Source of the DNA: Trueperaceae bacterium | Lineage (GTDB): Bacteria; Deinococcota; Deinococci; Deinococcales; Trueperaceae | Direction: 5' to 3' | NCBI GenBank assembly: GCA_965214405.1 | Contig: OZ243956.1 | Span: 2,720,001-2,784,000 of the forward strand | DNA length: 64,000 nucleotides | Shown: piece by piece, positions 50,960 to 61,547 of the stretch | Numbering within the stretch: the stretch's first letter is position 1 | How the letters are laid out: each line of letters opens with the position of its first letter | Made by a program: the position numbers and the translations under genes | Notes under the pieces: generated by a model | What the model saw: only the letters and a program-made list of their open reading frames with translations | What the model was told of the DNA's origin: nothing | Databases searched by the model: none

Positions 50960-52180
50960 ATGTCGCTAAAACAATTCCCTTTGCTGCGTCACCTGCGAAG
51001 CTGGCGCAACCCTCCAGGTTTGGACCGAAACCCGGAGGAAGAGCGCCGGGCGAACTGGCTCGAGCTCTTCTACGACCTTGTCTATATCGCCACGGTGATT
51101 CAGCTCGGCACCTATTTGCACCACCACCTGACGGTAACGGGCGCGTTGCAGTACAGCTTTCTTTTCCTCATCGTGTGGTGGTCGTGGTCGGGCACGACCT
51201 ACTACGGGAACCGTTTTGTCACCGACGACGCACTCCACCGCTTGCTGGTATTTGTGCAGATTTTCGCGGTCGGCAACCTCGCGGTAAGTATCCCCACCGC
51301 CTTTGGCGCGGGCGGCGCGACCTTTGCGCTCTCCTATGTGGCGCTGCGCGTCTTGCTCGTGCTCATGTACGCGCGCGCGTACCGCCATGAAAGCGAAACG
51401 CGCCCGCTCATCCGCAACTACGTCGCGGGGTTCTCGCTCGGCATCCTCTTCTGGCTCGTGTCGGCTTTTGTTCCCCCGCCCTGGCGCTACGCGCTGTGGG
51501 GCTTAGGGATTGGGGCGGAGGTCGTCGTTCACTTCGCGTTCGGAACGCAAAGGTTTGAACAGCGCGTGCCCTTTAACCTTTCGCACCTGAGCGAACGCTA
51601 CGCGCTCTTTATCATCATCGTTTTGGGCGACACGTTTATCAAGGCCATCGGGCGCGTGGCGGAGGAGGGCATCACGACCAACACGAACCTTTTTGGCGCG
51701 TTGGCCGTGCTCATGGCGGTGAGCCTGTGGTGGGTCTACTTTGACGACGTGGCGGGGGCGGCGTTGCGGCAGGGCTACGAGACGCTCACCTGGTGGGTTT
51801 ATGCGCACCTGCCCCTGTCGGCCACGCTGGTGGCCTTTGGCGTGGCCGCTGAAGACATCACGCAACTCAGCTCGGGGCAAGGGCTCGAGCCGCCCCTACT
51901 CTGGCTCTTGTGTTTGTCGACCGGACTTTACCTCGCGTCCATCGCCTGGGTCGACCTGCTGACCGAGACGCGGACGCCGCAGTTGGGGCTCACGCGCGTG
52001 GTCATGCGCGCGGCGTCGGCGGTCTTGCTGCTCCTGCTCGCGCTTCTAGGCGGAGGGCTCCTCGCGCCTTGGCTTGTCGGGACGGTCGCGGCGCTCTGCG
52101 CGGCGCAGATTCTTTTTGACCTGCTCGTGGGCCGGGAAAGGGCGGAGGTGGGGGAGCTTTCTAAGAGTGAACAGGGCTAG
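50960..52180 (+). CDS. Low temperature requirement protein A family membrane protein
   Basis: WLELFYDLV, HL.ERY.LF.II.LG, LWW.YF, YAHLPL. Confidence 0.9.
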   Translation: MSLKQFPLLRHLRSWRNPPGLDRNPEEERRANWLELFYDLVYIATVIQLGTYLHHHLTVTGALQYSFLFLIVWWSWSGTTYYGNRFVTDDALHRLLVFVQIFAVGNLAVSIPTAFGAGGATFALSYVALRVLLVLMYARAYRHESETRPLIRNYVAGFSLGILFWLVSAFVPPPWRYALWGLGIGAEVVVHFAFGTQRFEQRVPFNLSHLSERYALFIIIVLGDTFIKAIGRVAEEGITTNTNLFGALAVLMAVSLWWVYFDDVAGAALRQGYETLTWWVYAHLPLSATLVAFGVAAEDITQLSSGQGLEPPLLWLLCLSTGLYLASIAWVDLLTETRTPQLGLTRVVMRAASAVLLLLLALLGGGLLAPWLVGTVAALCAAQILFDLLVGRERAEVGELSKSEQG

Positions 52181-52288
52181 GGCGTGAGACTGGGCGTGAA
52201 AAACTGGGCGTGAAATATGGGATGGGCTCGAGCCCTCAAAAAACGCCACGCATAACGTTCAAACATAAACCGCAAAGCAGGGGGAACG

Positions 52289-52927
52289 ATGACTGAGCCG
52301 CTAAAACTTCACACCTTGGGCGCACCCACCGACAGAATGGGAAGGGCTATGAGCCTCGCATTTCGTCATGAACCCAATTTTGTATATATGCTCCCCCGTA
52401 CAAACCACCGCGAGCGCCCGCTGAGCTGGTTTTTTGGGCGCTTTGTCGCCAAGCTGGGGCTCGAGCATGGCGAGGTTTACACCATTCGGGGGGGAGCAGG
52501 CGGGGCCGTCTGGTTCGGACCCGGTGAGACGCCTTCAGCAAGAAGTTCGCTACGCGCGGGGCTCCTCATGATGCCGCTGCGCTTCGGCCTCAAAGGAACA
52601 GAGCGTTCAGCCGAGTTGGGGCGCTATCTGGCGGCGCGGCGCGAGCACCTCGCGCCGCAGCCTCACCTGTACTTAGTGGCGCTCGGGGTGGACCCGGAGC
52701 ATCAGGGGCGGGGCCTCGGGCGCGCGCTCCTCCGGCCTGGGCTCGAGCGGGCGGACAAAGAGGCGAGGGTGTGTTACCTTGAAACCTTTTTAGAACGCAC
52801 CGCCGCGTTTTATGGCGGGCTCGGCTTCGAGGTGGTGCGTCAAGACGCGCTTCCTGGTGGACCTGCGTTTTGGTGTATGCGGAGAGAGCCGCGGGGGCAA
52901 GTCGTAAAGAAGCTCGCTCTAAGGTAG
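52289..52927 (+). CDS. GNAT-family acetyltransferase
   Basis: YL..LGVDP..QGRGLG, YLET, FY..LGF. Confidence 0.9.
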   Translation: MTEPLKLHTLGAPTDRMGRAMSLAFRHEPNFVYMLPRTNHRERPLSWFFGRFVAKLGLEHGEVYTIRGGAGGAVWFGPGETPSARSSLRAGLLMMPLRFGLKGTERSAELGRYLAARREHLAPQPHLYLVALGVDPEHQGRGLGRALLRPGLERADKEARVCYLETFLERTAAFYGGLGFEVVRQDALPGGPAFWCMRREPRGQVVKKLALR

Positions 52928-53047
52928 CTCATGCACTTTATATGAGCGGCGTCTACATAAACTTACCTGTCCAAACTTCAACCGCAAGAATCGGATAGCC
53001 TTCTTTCTCCCGCCTCGCCATACTGGTTTGAAGAGAGCGAGGCATAC

Positions 53048-53986
53048 ATGGTTCCCCATAAATCTATGACGCTACTCGAGTGGCTACTGCTTCTCACCCT
53101 CTCCGTTCTCTGGGGCGGGTCGTTCTTTTTTGGCAAGGTGGCGCTGGCCGAGCTGCCCCCCCTGACGCTGGTGCTGGGCCGCGTCGCGCTGGCGGCGGTC
53201 GCACTTAATCTGGTAGTGGTGGCGACCGGCCACTGGATGCCGAGGGACTTGAGGCTCTGGGGCGCATTTTTAATCATGGGCGCGCTCAACAACTTTATCC
53301 CCTTTAGCCTTATTTTTTGGGGTCAAACGGAGATTACCAGTAGCCTCGCGTCCATCCTAAACGCCACCACGCCGCTATGGACGGTGGTCCTCGCGCACGT
53401 GCTGACGGGTGACGAGCGGTTAAATTCAAACAAGCTCACAGGCATTTTTTTCGGGCTGCTCGGCGTTGTGGTCATGGTTGGTCCCGCCGCGCTTGGCGGA
53501 TTCGGCCTCAACATTCTCGCCCAACTCGCGGTGCTCGGCGCGGCGCTTTCTTACGCCTTCGCCGGTATCTTCGGGCGGCGCTTCAGGCGCTTGGGCGTCC
53601 TCCCGCTCGTGACCGCGTCGGGACAACTTACCGGAAGCACCCTGATGATGCTTCCCGTTGCTCTGGTGGTCGATAAACCGTGGACGCTGCCCGCACTTAG
53701 CGTGACAACTTGGGGCGCTGTCACCGGGCTCGCGCTTCTCTGCACCGCCGTTGCCTACGTCATCTACTTTCGCTTGCTCGCTTCGGCGGGTGCCACAAAT
53801 TTGCTTTTGGTCACGTTCCTTATCCCGGTGAGCGCGCTCATGCTGGGCACAACTATTCTGGGCGAGAGGCTCGAGCCGCGCCAGCTCGCAGGTATGGTGA
53901 TGATAGGTCTGGGACTCGCCGCCATCGACGGGCGGTTGTGGAAGCGCGTTCGAGGCTGGTTTTTTCTTAAAAACGTCCCAGGCTAA
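53048..53986 (+). CDS. EamA/DMT transporter
   Basis: LWGGSF, ILNATTP, LGERL; about 10 TM segments. Confidence 0.92.
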   Translation: MVPHKSMTLLEWLLLLTLSVLWGGSFFFGKVALAELPPLTLVLGRVALAAVALNLVVVATGHWMPRDLRLWGAFLIMGALNNFIPFSLIFWGQTEITSSLASILNATTPLWTVVLAHVLTGDERLNSNKLTGIFFGLLGVVVMVGPAALGGFGLNILAQLAVLGAALSYAFAGIFGRRFRRLGVLPLVTASGQLTGSTLMMLPVALVVDKPWTLPALSVTTWGAVTGLALLCTAVAYVIYFRLLASAGATNLLLVTFLIPVSALMLGTTILGERLEPRQLAGMVMIGLGLAAIDGRLWKRVRGWFFLKNVPG

Positions 53987-54133
53987 GTTCTTGCAGATGC
54001 ACGTCACCCACACAAGCGGCGCATTTATTTGGGAAACGCTTTCAGTTGAATTTGAGCAAAGATTCGGATGGAAGAGAGGGGTTCCTGGCGCTATCCTTTT
54101 AACAGAGCTAAAAGGTCTCTTGAAAGGAGCACC

Positions 54134-54607
54134 ATGACACCCGAATTCAAAATCGTCGCGCAACCCTCCCAAAGATTCTCACCTCTCTTTTCCCTTACAG
54201 ATGGGGAATTGAGGGCTCGAGGCGCACGCCGCATCACGGTTGAAGAGAGCCCCGGCTATCCTTGCAGAGTCAGCTTAGAGGACGCTGAAGTGGGCGAGCA
54301 GGTCGTTCTCACCCCGTTTCGCCACCACGACGTCAGCTCGGCTTATCAGGCGGTCGGACCGATTTTTGTCCGTGAGGGCGCGCGGACGGCGCGGCTCGAG
54401 CCCAATACCGTCCCGACGATGCTCCTTCACCGCCTTCTCTCCGTCCGCGCATACGATAAAGACGCCGTGATGACCGCTGCTCGAGTCGCTAAAGGAGACG
54501 GGCTTTCCCGCACCATTCAAAGCTTGTTCGGCGACGCGCGGGTCGCTTACCTCCACATCCATAACGCCGGGCCAGGCTGCTTTAACTGCGCTGTGAACCG
54601 CGCTTAA
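54134..54607 (+). CDS. DUF1203-family protein
   Basis: PGYPCRVSLEDA, GPIFV, LSVRAYD, YLHIHNA..GCF; RBS AAGGAG. Confidence 0.88.
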   Translation: MTPEFKIVAQPSQRFSPLFSLTDGELRARGARRITVEESPGYPCRVSLEDAEVGEQVVLTPFRHHDVSSAYQAVGPIFVREGARTARLEPNTVPTMLLHRLLSVRAYDKDAVMTAARVAKGDGLSRTIQSLFGDARVAYLHIHNAGPGCFNCAVNRA

Positions 54608-54714
54608 AAGACTGAGACTTTCTCTCAGCGCGGCCACTCGTTTTACTGCGGGATGTAAACTCAGCTAAATATTCAACGCTGCCACCCAAGCTTTCACCTG
54701 GAGGTGACGAATTT

Positions 54715-55776
54715 ATGCGTGTCGAGAGCCAACCCTATCCAACCGACTCGAGCCGCTGGCAAGCCGTGCTAGACCGCGACGCCGCCGCCGACGGGCATTT
54801 TTTGTACGCGGTTAAAACAACCCGCATCTACTGCCGCCCGACCTGCCCTTCAAAGCGGGCCAAGCGGGAGCACGTTATGTTTTATATGAGCCCTCGAGAC
54901 GCCCAGAGCGCAGGCTACCGCGCCTGCAAACGGTGTCGTCCCGATATGGTCAGTCGTCAGCAGAGCGTCATCGCGCAGGTGCAACACAGGCTCGAGTCTA
55001 CCGAGCCCGAACCCTCCTTACGCGAACTTGCGGAAACGGTCGGGCTCAGCCCCTCGCACCTGCAACGCCTTTTCAAACGCGCGACCGGGCTCAGCCCCAA
55101 GCAGTACGCTATCGCCCGCCGGGAGGCGCGTTTCAAGGAGGAGCTGAGGGAAGACAAGGGGGTCACGACCGCCATGTACGACGCGGGTTACGGCTCGAGC
55201 CGCGCGCTCTACACGGACGCGCCAAAGGGTCTCGGGATGAGGCCGAAAACCTATCAAAAAGGAGGTGAGGGTGAGCGTATCAGCTTTGGACTTTTTGATA
55301 GCGTCCTCGGAAAAATGCTCATCGCCGCTACAGCTAAGGGTATCATCGCGCTGCGGTTTGGGGAAGACGACGCGCTCTTGGAGGAGCTTAGGGAGGAATT
55401 TCCTGCGGCCATTCTCGAGGAGGACCCGGCAAGCCTTTCTCAGTACCAGAAAGCAGTAGAGGATTATCTGAGCGGCGCGGCCCAGGCGCTCGAGCTGCCC
55501 CTCAACTTCAAAGCGACCGAGTTCCAAACGCGCGTCTGGCAGGCCTTGCGGGAGGTGCCTTACGGTGAAACGCGCTCTTACAGCGAACTCGCCGTGATGA
55601 TTGGACAGCCCACCGCGGTGAGAGCCGTCGCCAGGGCCTTGGCGACCAACCCGGTCGCGCTGGTGATCCCCTGCCACCGCATCGTCCGGGCCAACGGTGA
55701 GAGGAGCGGCTACCGCTGGGGACCGGAACGCAAGGAGGCGCTTCTTGCCCAGGAGCGGCGGGGGAAGTCGGAATAG
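54715..55776 (+). CDS. ada: Bifunctional Ada regulator / O6-methylguanine-DNA methyltransferase
   Basis: YCRPTCPS and CKRC Zn site, AraC-type HTH, PCHR active site. Confidence 0.95.
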   Translation: MRVESQPYPTDSSRWQAVLDRDAAADGHFLYAVKTTRIYCRPTCPSKRAKREHVMFYMSPRDAQSAGYRACKRCRPDMVSRQQSVIAQVQHRLESTEPEPSLRELAETVGLSPSHLQRLFKRATGLSPKQYAIARREARFKEELREDKGVTTAMYDAGYGSSRALYTDAPKGLGMRPKTYQKGGEGERISFGLFDSVLGKMLIAATAKGIIALRFGEDDALLEELREEFPAAILEEDPASLSQYQKAVEDYLSGAAQALELPLNFKATEFQTRVWQALREVPYGETRSYSELAVMIGQPTAVRAVARALATNPVALVIPCHRIVRANGERSGYRWGPERKEALLAQERRGKSE

Positions 55777-55908
55777 TCTGGGCGCTATTACGGCTGAGTT
55801 TTAACTGAGGCGGTCGCGGGTTGGGCCGAGACGCGGCATCCTCTAAAGAAACATAACCGGATAAGGTCACGCGCTTTTGTTAGGCTACCTGTTTGTTAAG
55901 CTGCCACC

Positions 55909-56514
55909 GTGAAACTCGCTTGCAACGACGGCACCCTCATACGTCAGCTTTTGGACGGGGGCCGGGCCGACGTGGATTTTCTCAAGGTAACCGATATAAA
56001 AAATTTGGACGCCGAGGTCTCCTCCGCGCTCCGTTACCGCCCCGCGCTCATCCATGTGGGCTTTGGCATCGGCGACAGCGTTGCGACCTACAAGGACTTC
56101 AACTGGGACGGGTTCAACGGTCTCGTTGAGAGGTCCGGCTCGCCCCATGTGGCGATGCACCTCGAGGTTTCCACGCACAACTGGTTTAGGAGCACCGATT
56201 TGCGCTATCAGACCGCGGAAGAAGCGAGGGCGATGGCCGCGCACCTCACCGAGCTGTGGCGCTTTTTGAGAGACCGACTTGTATGTCCACTTTTGATAGA
56301 AAACATGGACTACATGGGCGTCGAGTTAAAACCCGGCTACGGCGTGTTCCGCTCGAGCGTCGAACCCGCGCTGATGTGGGGGCTTGCCAACGAGGGGGCG
56401 GGCGTGCTGCTCGACCTGGCGCACCTGCGGGTGACCGCCTACCACCTGGGGGTGGACGCGAGGGCGTTCGCCCGTTCTCTGCCGCTCCACGCGGTGCGGC
56501 ACACCGTTTTCTAG
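55909..56514 (+). pseudogene. DUF692-like (multinuclear non-haem iron) protein, C-terminally truncated
   Basis: LLIENM, LLDLAH, LPL..VR, then stops where E.H and the later ligands are expected. Confidence 0.65.
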
Positions 56515-56790
56515 GCTGAACGCCTCGGGGTCGCTCTCGCCGATGGTGATAAAGTTGCGGCTGATTCTGTAGGTGTCGCAAAAGGGCGTGCCGTTGGGCT
56601 TTGTGCGGGCGCAGTCGATGTCCGCCGGGTCGCCCTCAATATCGCCCGTGTACACGTAGCCGCTGGGGAAAAAGAGGTAAAAGGCCGGTTGCACGCTGCC
56701 GGTCATGCCGCTGGACTCATATTCGTCGCGGTAAAAAAGCCCGATAAGGACTGCTCATTGCCTTCTATAGGCGGCGCGACCCCGTCGCCG
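56500..56790 (-). pseudogene. Fragment of an unknown gene colliding with the DUF692 3' end
   Basis: Coding-like frame LFYRDEYESSGMTGSVQPAFYLFFPSGYVYTGD...CDTYRI with an upstream stop/frameshift; runs into the antisense of DUF692. Confidence 0.45.
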
Positions 56791-56919
56791 TATCGAGCCC
56801 GTCACCACAATCTTTTTCACCCTTTGAGTCCTCTCCCTATGAAGGATGTTCGACTACATAACCAAAAGCAACCGCAACTACAGCAGGTCCCGCTCTGCTC
56901 GAGCCCCAGCCGACAGCCC

Positions 56920-56963
56920 TTGACAAACCCCACTCCCTCGACTACACTTTTACTCAACGTTGA
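56920..56963 (+). promoter_or_regulatory. Sigma70-type promoter with downstream palindrome TCAACGTTGA (candidate PadR operator)
   Basis: TTGACA 56920-56925, 17 nt, TACACT 56943-56948; palindrome 56954-56963. Confidence 0.75.
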
Positions 56964-56995
56964 CCAAACAACGTTTTATATCAGAGGGAGGTCCG

Positions 56996-57604
56996 GTGAA
57001 CACAGAAATCTTCGTCCTCGGCTTCTTAAAGATTCGGCCCATGCATGGTTACGACATCCAGCAGTATTTGCAATTCACCTACGCGGATTACTGGGCGGAC
57101 ATCCTGCCCGGCTCCATCTACAACGCGCTCAAAAAGATGACTAAGAAAGGCTGGGTGGAAGTGGCGCGCACCGAGGCGACGGGCCACCGCACCCGCGCTA
57201 TTTACAGAATCACCGAAGCGGGCGAGGAGGCGCTGCAAATCTTACTGTTGGAAGCCTGGCGCAAACGCCCCCGCGTGATGCCGGGCACGCTCTACACCGC
57301 GCTGATGTTCGTGAGTGAGGTGGAGAAGCAGCGCGTGATTGAGGCGGTTGAGGCGCAGATAGAGGCGCTCGAGGCCGAACTCGCCGAAAACGACCGGGGC
57401 GAAGACATCAAGATGCAGTCACCCGACGCGCCGCCCTACATCCCAATCGTGATGGCGAACTCGCGCGCTCACCTCAAGGCCGACCTCGAGATGCTCAGAG
57501 AACTCAAAAAGCTCTTACCGGATTTGCCCTCTATACCCGTCGTACTGCCCGACTTGACCGAGTTAAAAGCGATGGACAACGCAAACTGGAAGGAGAAAGC
57601 GTGA
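56996..57604 (+). CDS. PadR-family regulator
   Basis: LGFL..RPMHGYDI, GSIY.AL, Y.IT..G; RBS GGAGG. Confidence 0.92.
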   Translation: MNTEIFVLGFLKIRPMHGYDIQQYLQFTYADYWADILPGSIYNALKKMTKKGWVEVARTEATGHRTRAIYRITEAGEEALQILLLEAWRKRPRVMPGTLYTALMFVSEVEKQRVIEAVEAQIEALEAELAENDRGEDIKMQSPDAPPYIPIVMANSRAHLKADLEMLRELKKLLPDLPSIPVVLPDLTELKAMDNANWKEKA

Positions 57605-58302
57605 CGCATCTCATCGAAGCTCGAGGCTTAACCAAACGCTACGGTCGACGCACCGTGGTAAACGATGTTGACTTGGTGGTTGACAAGGGCGAAATCGTCG
57701 CCCTCATCGGCCCCAACGGCGCGGGCAAAACGACCACCATCGAGATGATGCTCGGCGTGCGCCAACCCGACGGCGGCACCGTGACGTGCAGCCTCACCGA
57801 CGCGCGTAAGGGGACGGGCGCGCAGTTGCAGAACACGCCTTTTTTTCCGGGTCTCAACACGCGGGACAACCTCGCGTTGTTTGCCTTCTTTTACGGGTTG
57901 GCTGGGGATAAGGGAGGGCTCGAGGGGGTGCTCGAGCGATTCTCTTTGCTCGAGGTTGCCACCACCCAAGCCTCAAAACTTTCAGGCGGACAGCAGCGGC
58001 GCTTAGCAATCGCCATCGCGCTCGTTCATGAACCGCAACTCGTGTTTTTGGACGAACCCACCAGCGCGCTCGATCCCAGGGCGCAACGCGACGTGCGCGG
58101 GCTTATCAAAAACCTTGCAGACGCGGGTACAACGGTTCTTTTTACCTCGCACGACATGACGGAAGTGCGAAGCCTCGCCCACAGAATTGTGTTTATCGAC
58201 GGGGGCAGCGTCAAGGCGGAGGGAAAGCCCGACGCGCTCCTAGAAAAACACGGCGTCACCACGCTCGACGAACTCTACCTTTTACTCACGGAGGCTGATT
58301 AG
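57601..58302 (+). CDS. ABC transporter ATP-binding protein
   Basis: GPNGAGKT, LSGGQ, LDEPT, SH. Confidence 0.95.
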   Translation: MTHLIEARGLTKRYGRRTVVNDVDLVVDKGEIVALIGPNGAGKTTTIEMMLGVRQPDGGTVTCSLTDARKGTGAQLQNTPFFPGLNTRDNLALFAFFYGLAGDKGGLEGVLERFSLLEVATTQASKLSGGQQRRLAIAIALVHEPQLVFLDEPTSALDPRAQRDVRGLIKNLADAGTTVLFTSHDMTEVRSLAHRIVFIDGGSVKAEGKPDALLEKHGVTTLDELYLLLTEAD

Positions 58303-58303
58303 C

Positions 58304-59053
58304 ATGACGAGCTTCAAGCTGCTTCTCAAACTGGCGCTACGTGACCGCATCTCGCTCGGTTGGGCGCTCCTTTTCCCGCTCAGCCTGATGATTGCGATGA
58401 GCCTCTTTTTTGACGACCCCGTCTACCGCACGCGCCTGCTCGCGGGTCTGCTGGCGATAAGCGCGCTTTTTTACATCGCCTACGGGATGGCGTTCGACGT
58501 GCTGGGACAGCGGAACCGCGGGGTGTATAAGCTGCTCAGAATCACGCCCGTGCGGACGCCCGTCTTCATCATCCGGCTGGCTCTGGCCCGCAGCGTCGTT
58601 GCGCTCGGTTGCACTTTGTTCGTGCTCGCCGCGGGGCTCGTCATCCTTCACATACCGTTCAGCGTCGCAGGCTTGCCTATGCTCTTCGTCGTGCTGGCGC
58701 TCGGTATGACGGCGTTTACGTTTCTAGGTTTTATCATCGGCAATTTGGGTAACGATGAGTCGGGCGTTGCCACTCTCACGAACGCCGTCACGCTGCCGCT
58801 CTTGTTTCTGACCGAGACGTTTTACAGCCTGGAGAGCGCGCCCCTCTGGATACAAACGCTGCGGGACGCGCTGCCCTTCAACCACTTTTTGAGCGCGATT
58901 CGGGCGTGTCTCGAGGGCCACCCAAGCGCAGCCGCCTTACCTCTGCTCATCGTCATAGGATACGGCGTCCTCTTCTTGTGCCTGTCCACCCTGACATTCC
59001 GCTGGGACGCGGCTGCGCCTATTGGCGGTAGGCTGTGGAGCAAATCAGCCTGA
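58304..59053 (+). CDS. ABC-2 type permease
   Basis: Six TM segments; R.RG..K.L..TP; operonic with the ATPase. Confidence 0.9.
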   Translation: MTSFKLLLKLALRDRISLGWALLFPLSLMIAMSLFFDDPVYRTRLLAGLLAISALFYIAYGMAFDVLGQRNRGVYKLLRITPVRTPVFIIRLALARSVVALGCTLFVLAAGLVILHIPFSVAGLPMLFVVLALGMTAFTFLGFIIGNLGNDESGVATLTNAVTLPLLFLTETFYSLESAPLWIQTLRDALPFNHFLSAIRACLEGHPSAAALPLLIVIGYGVLFLCLSTLTFRWDAAAPIGGRLWSKSA

Positions 59054-59071
59054 GAAATCAGCAGAGTAGCG

Positions 59072-59419
59072 TCAGCAGTCGGCCCCGTCTTCTTTACAGG
59101 GGTCATGACCCCAGTTCATGAGCGAATAGCGCCAGCGGCTCTCCTTGACGTCGCTCTCGGGACCCTGCGCGCTGTGGCGTTTGATGTAAGAGATCACCCG
59201 GCCCATCATGTCGTAGTCGTCGTCGGTGTAGTCGTCTACCTTCTTATGCTTGATTTCGACGATGTGCTCGCCGCTCTTGTGGCCGATGGCCTCGCCGTCG
59301 CCGCTGTCTTGCCCGACGGACTTTGACTCGTCGGTCTCGAGCCACTCTTCTAGCTCTTTGGGTGCCATGTTAACCAAATCGCCAAACTCCTTGCGCGTTT
59401 CCAACTTATCGTCTGCCAT
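59072..59419 (-). CDS. DUF3140-family protein
   Basis: VNM...LE.WL.T.ES, GH.SG, WRYSLMNWGHDP. Confidence 0.88.
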   Translation of the reverse strand: MADDKLETRKEFGDLVNMAPKELEEWLETDESKSVGQDSGDGEAIGHKSGEHIVEIKHKKVDDYTDDDYDMMGRVISYIKRHSAQGPESDVKESRWRYSLMNWGHDPCKEDGADC

Positions 59420-59490
59420 AAAAATCTCCCCCATTAAGATGATTGATTTTAGCGAATCTTGAACGTGCCCTTAGAACTGACTTTGGAACG

Positions 59491-60075
59491 CTAGCTGTAA
59501 CGCTCCTCCTCGAAAGGGTCGCCGCGGTTGTGATAGCCGTTGCGCTCCCAAAAGCCGGGCGCGTCGCCCTTCATAAATTCGATGCCCTGGAGCCATTTGG
59601 CGCTCTTCCAGGCGTAAAGGTGCGGGATGAGCGCGCGGAGCGGGCCGCCGTGTTCGGTGGGGATGTCCTCGCCCTCGAGGGTGTGCGCCACCATGCAGTC
59701 GGGGGCCAAGAAGTCCTCGAGCCGCAGGTTCGTCGTGTAGCCGCCGTAAGCGTGAAACATCACGTGCGTCGCCTCGGGGTCAAGCTCGAGCCCCGCCATG
59801 AGGTCGGTCATCAGCACGCCCGTCCAGCTCACGTCAAGCTTCGACCAGTGCGTCACGCAGTGGAAGTCGCGGGTGAGCGTCGTTTGCGGCAACGCCATGA
59901 TGTCGTTCCACGTCAAGCGTTTTTCTTCGACCAGGCCGTAGAGTTTGAGCTCGAGTTCGTCTTTACTCACGCGCGGCGTCGGCCCGTAGGTGAGGACCGG
60001 GAAGCGGTCGGTCACGCTCTGGCCGGGGGGAACTTTGGGGTTGTCGGGTTCCTTGCGAAACATTTTGCCTAGCAT
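59491..60075 (-). CDS. Sulfite oxidase-like molybdopterin oxidoreductase
   Basis: PPGQ, DFHCVT.WS, HGGPLR, YAWKSAKW, GFWE.NGYH. Confidence 0.92.
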   Translation of the reverse strand: MLGKMFRKEPDNPKVPPGQSVTDRFPVLTYGPTPRVSKDELELKLYGLVEEKRLTWNDIMALPQTTLTRDFHCVTHWSKLDVSWTGVLMTDLMAGLELDPEATHVMFHAYGGYTTNLRLEDFLAPDCMVAHTLEGEDIPTEHGGPLRALIPHLYAWKSAKWLQGIEFMKGDAPGFWERNGYHNRGDPFEEERYS

Positions 60076-60166
60076 GTTCCGACGTTATCACGCGCTCGCC
60101 ACGCAAACCTTGGCCTATTCGACGATGTTGACGGTTTCTGCACCCTTTTTCTGCTAATTTTGAGGT

Positions 60167-60805
60167 GTGGACTTGCGCGAGACCTTACGTTTAGCTTTCG
60201 ACGCGTTTGACAAAGGCGAGTTGGGACGTGCGGCGGACCTTTACCAGAGGGTGCTCGAGGCACACGCCAGCGGAGACGTCCACGCGCACGCTCTTCACGG
60301 CCTGGGCTTTGTCAGGAGCCAGCAGGGGCGGTTTCTCGAGGCGCGGGAGCTTTACCTGAAGCTGCTCGAGCACGCCGAGGCGCAGGGGAATCTCACCGCG
60401 CAACACCGCGCCATGCACCAGCTCGGCATGGTGGAACGCCTTGCAGGACGCTTCGAAACGGCGCTTCATTGGTTTCAACGGGAGCACGGGCTACTCGAGC
60501 ACTTCACCGAAGGGCGCGCTGTGGCCCTCTCCGCCAATCTTTACGAACGGGGTTACGTCACGTTTCTCGCGGGCGACCCGCAGGAGGGAAAGAGCTTGCT
60601 AAGGGACTCGCTCACCTATGCCAACGAAGCGGGCGACGCTATGTGTCAGGGCTGCGCTTTGCGCGCCTTGGGCGAAGTCGCGGCGGCGGGAGGCGCTGCT
60701 GACAAGGCGCGGGAGCAGTGGCGCTCGAGCCTCCGCCACTTCGAGAAAGCGGGCGATAGGGTGGCGTCGGACGAGGTGCGAACCCTGCTAGACACCCTCA
60801 GCTAG
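60167..60805 (+). CDS. TPR-repeat protein
   Basis: ALH.LG, MHQLG and RALGE helical repeats. Confidence 0.8.
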   Translation: MDLRETLRLAFDAFDKGELGRAADLYQRVLEAHASGDVHAHALHGLGFVRSQQGRFLEARELYLKLLEHAEAQGNLTAQHRAMHQLGMVERLAGRFETALHWFQREHGLLEHFTEGRAVALSANLYERGYVTFLAGDPQEGKSLLRDSLTYANEAGDAMCQGCALRALGEVAAAGGAADKAREQWRSSLRHFEKAGDRVASDEVRTLLDTLS

Positions 60806-60833
60806 ATGTACTTGGGTGGGTATACTCAGGAAA

Positions 60834-61547
60834 GTGCCCGGCCTACGCATCATCCTCGTGAGACCCAAAGAGCCCGCCAACGTGGGCGCGTGCGCGCGGG
60901 CGATGAAAAACTTTGGCCTCAGCGACCTTTTTTTGGTCGCCCCGCAGCGGCGAGTGGGGGCCACGGCTCGAGCACTCGCCTCGCACGCGGGGGATGTGCT
61001 CGATAGCGCAGTCTATCGTGACACTTTGGAAGAGGCCGTCACAGACCTTAAACTCGTCCTCGGCACCACCGCGCGCCCGCGGGCTGCGGAGGGCCAAAAG
61101 GTCTACACGTTGCGCGAGGCGGCTACCACGCTGCCCGCCGAGGGCGTCGGCATCATGTTCGGCCCCGAGGACTTTGGGCTCAGCAACGACGACCTCACAC
61201 ACTGCCAGGGTTACATCCAGATTCCTACCGCCGCTTACGCCTCGCTCAACTTAGCGCAGGCGGTGGGGCTGGTGGCGTACGAATGGTTTGTGGCCCGCGC
61301 GGAAGCTGCAGCTCCTCAAACCCTCACCGACCTCGCCCCCAGAGACGAGTTGGAGCCCTTCTACGCACAACTTTTAGATACCCTCCACCTCATTGGCTAC
61401 ACCGACGCGCAGCGCGAGAGGAGCGCCGACCGCCTCTTTAGGAACGTGTTCGACCGCGCGGGGCTCTCGAGCCGCGAAGTCTTGGCCCTGCGCGGCCTGT
61501 GCCGCCAAATCGTGTGGGCAGTGAGGAGAGGCAGTGGTGAGTGGTGA
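60834..61547 (+). CDS. SPOUT RNA methyltransferase (TrmJ/LasT-like)
   Basis: NVGA.ARAMKNFG, FGPE..GL.N, SLNLAQAV; TATACT 7 nt before GTG 60834. Confidence 0.92.
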   Translation: MPGLRIILVRPKEPANVGACARAMKNFGLSDLFLVAPQRRVGATARALASHAGDVLDSAVYRDTLEEAVTDLKLVLGTTARPRAAEGQKVYTLREAATTLPAEGVGIMFGPEDFGLSNDDLTHCQGYIQIPTAAYASLNLAQAVGLVAYEWFVARAEAAAPQTLTDLAPRDELEPFYAQLLDTLHLIGYTDAQRERSADRLFRNVFDRAGLSSREVLALRGLCRQIVWAVRRGSGEW

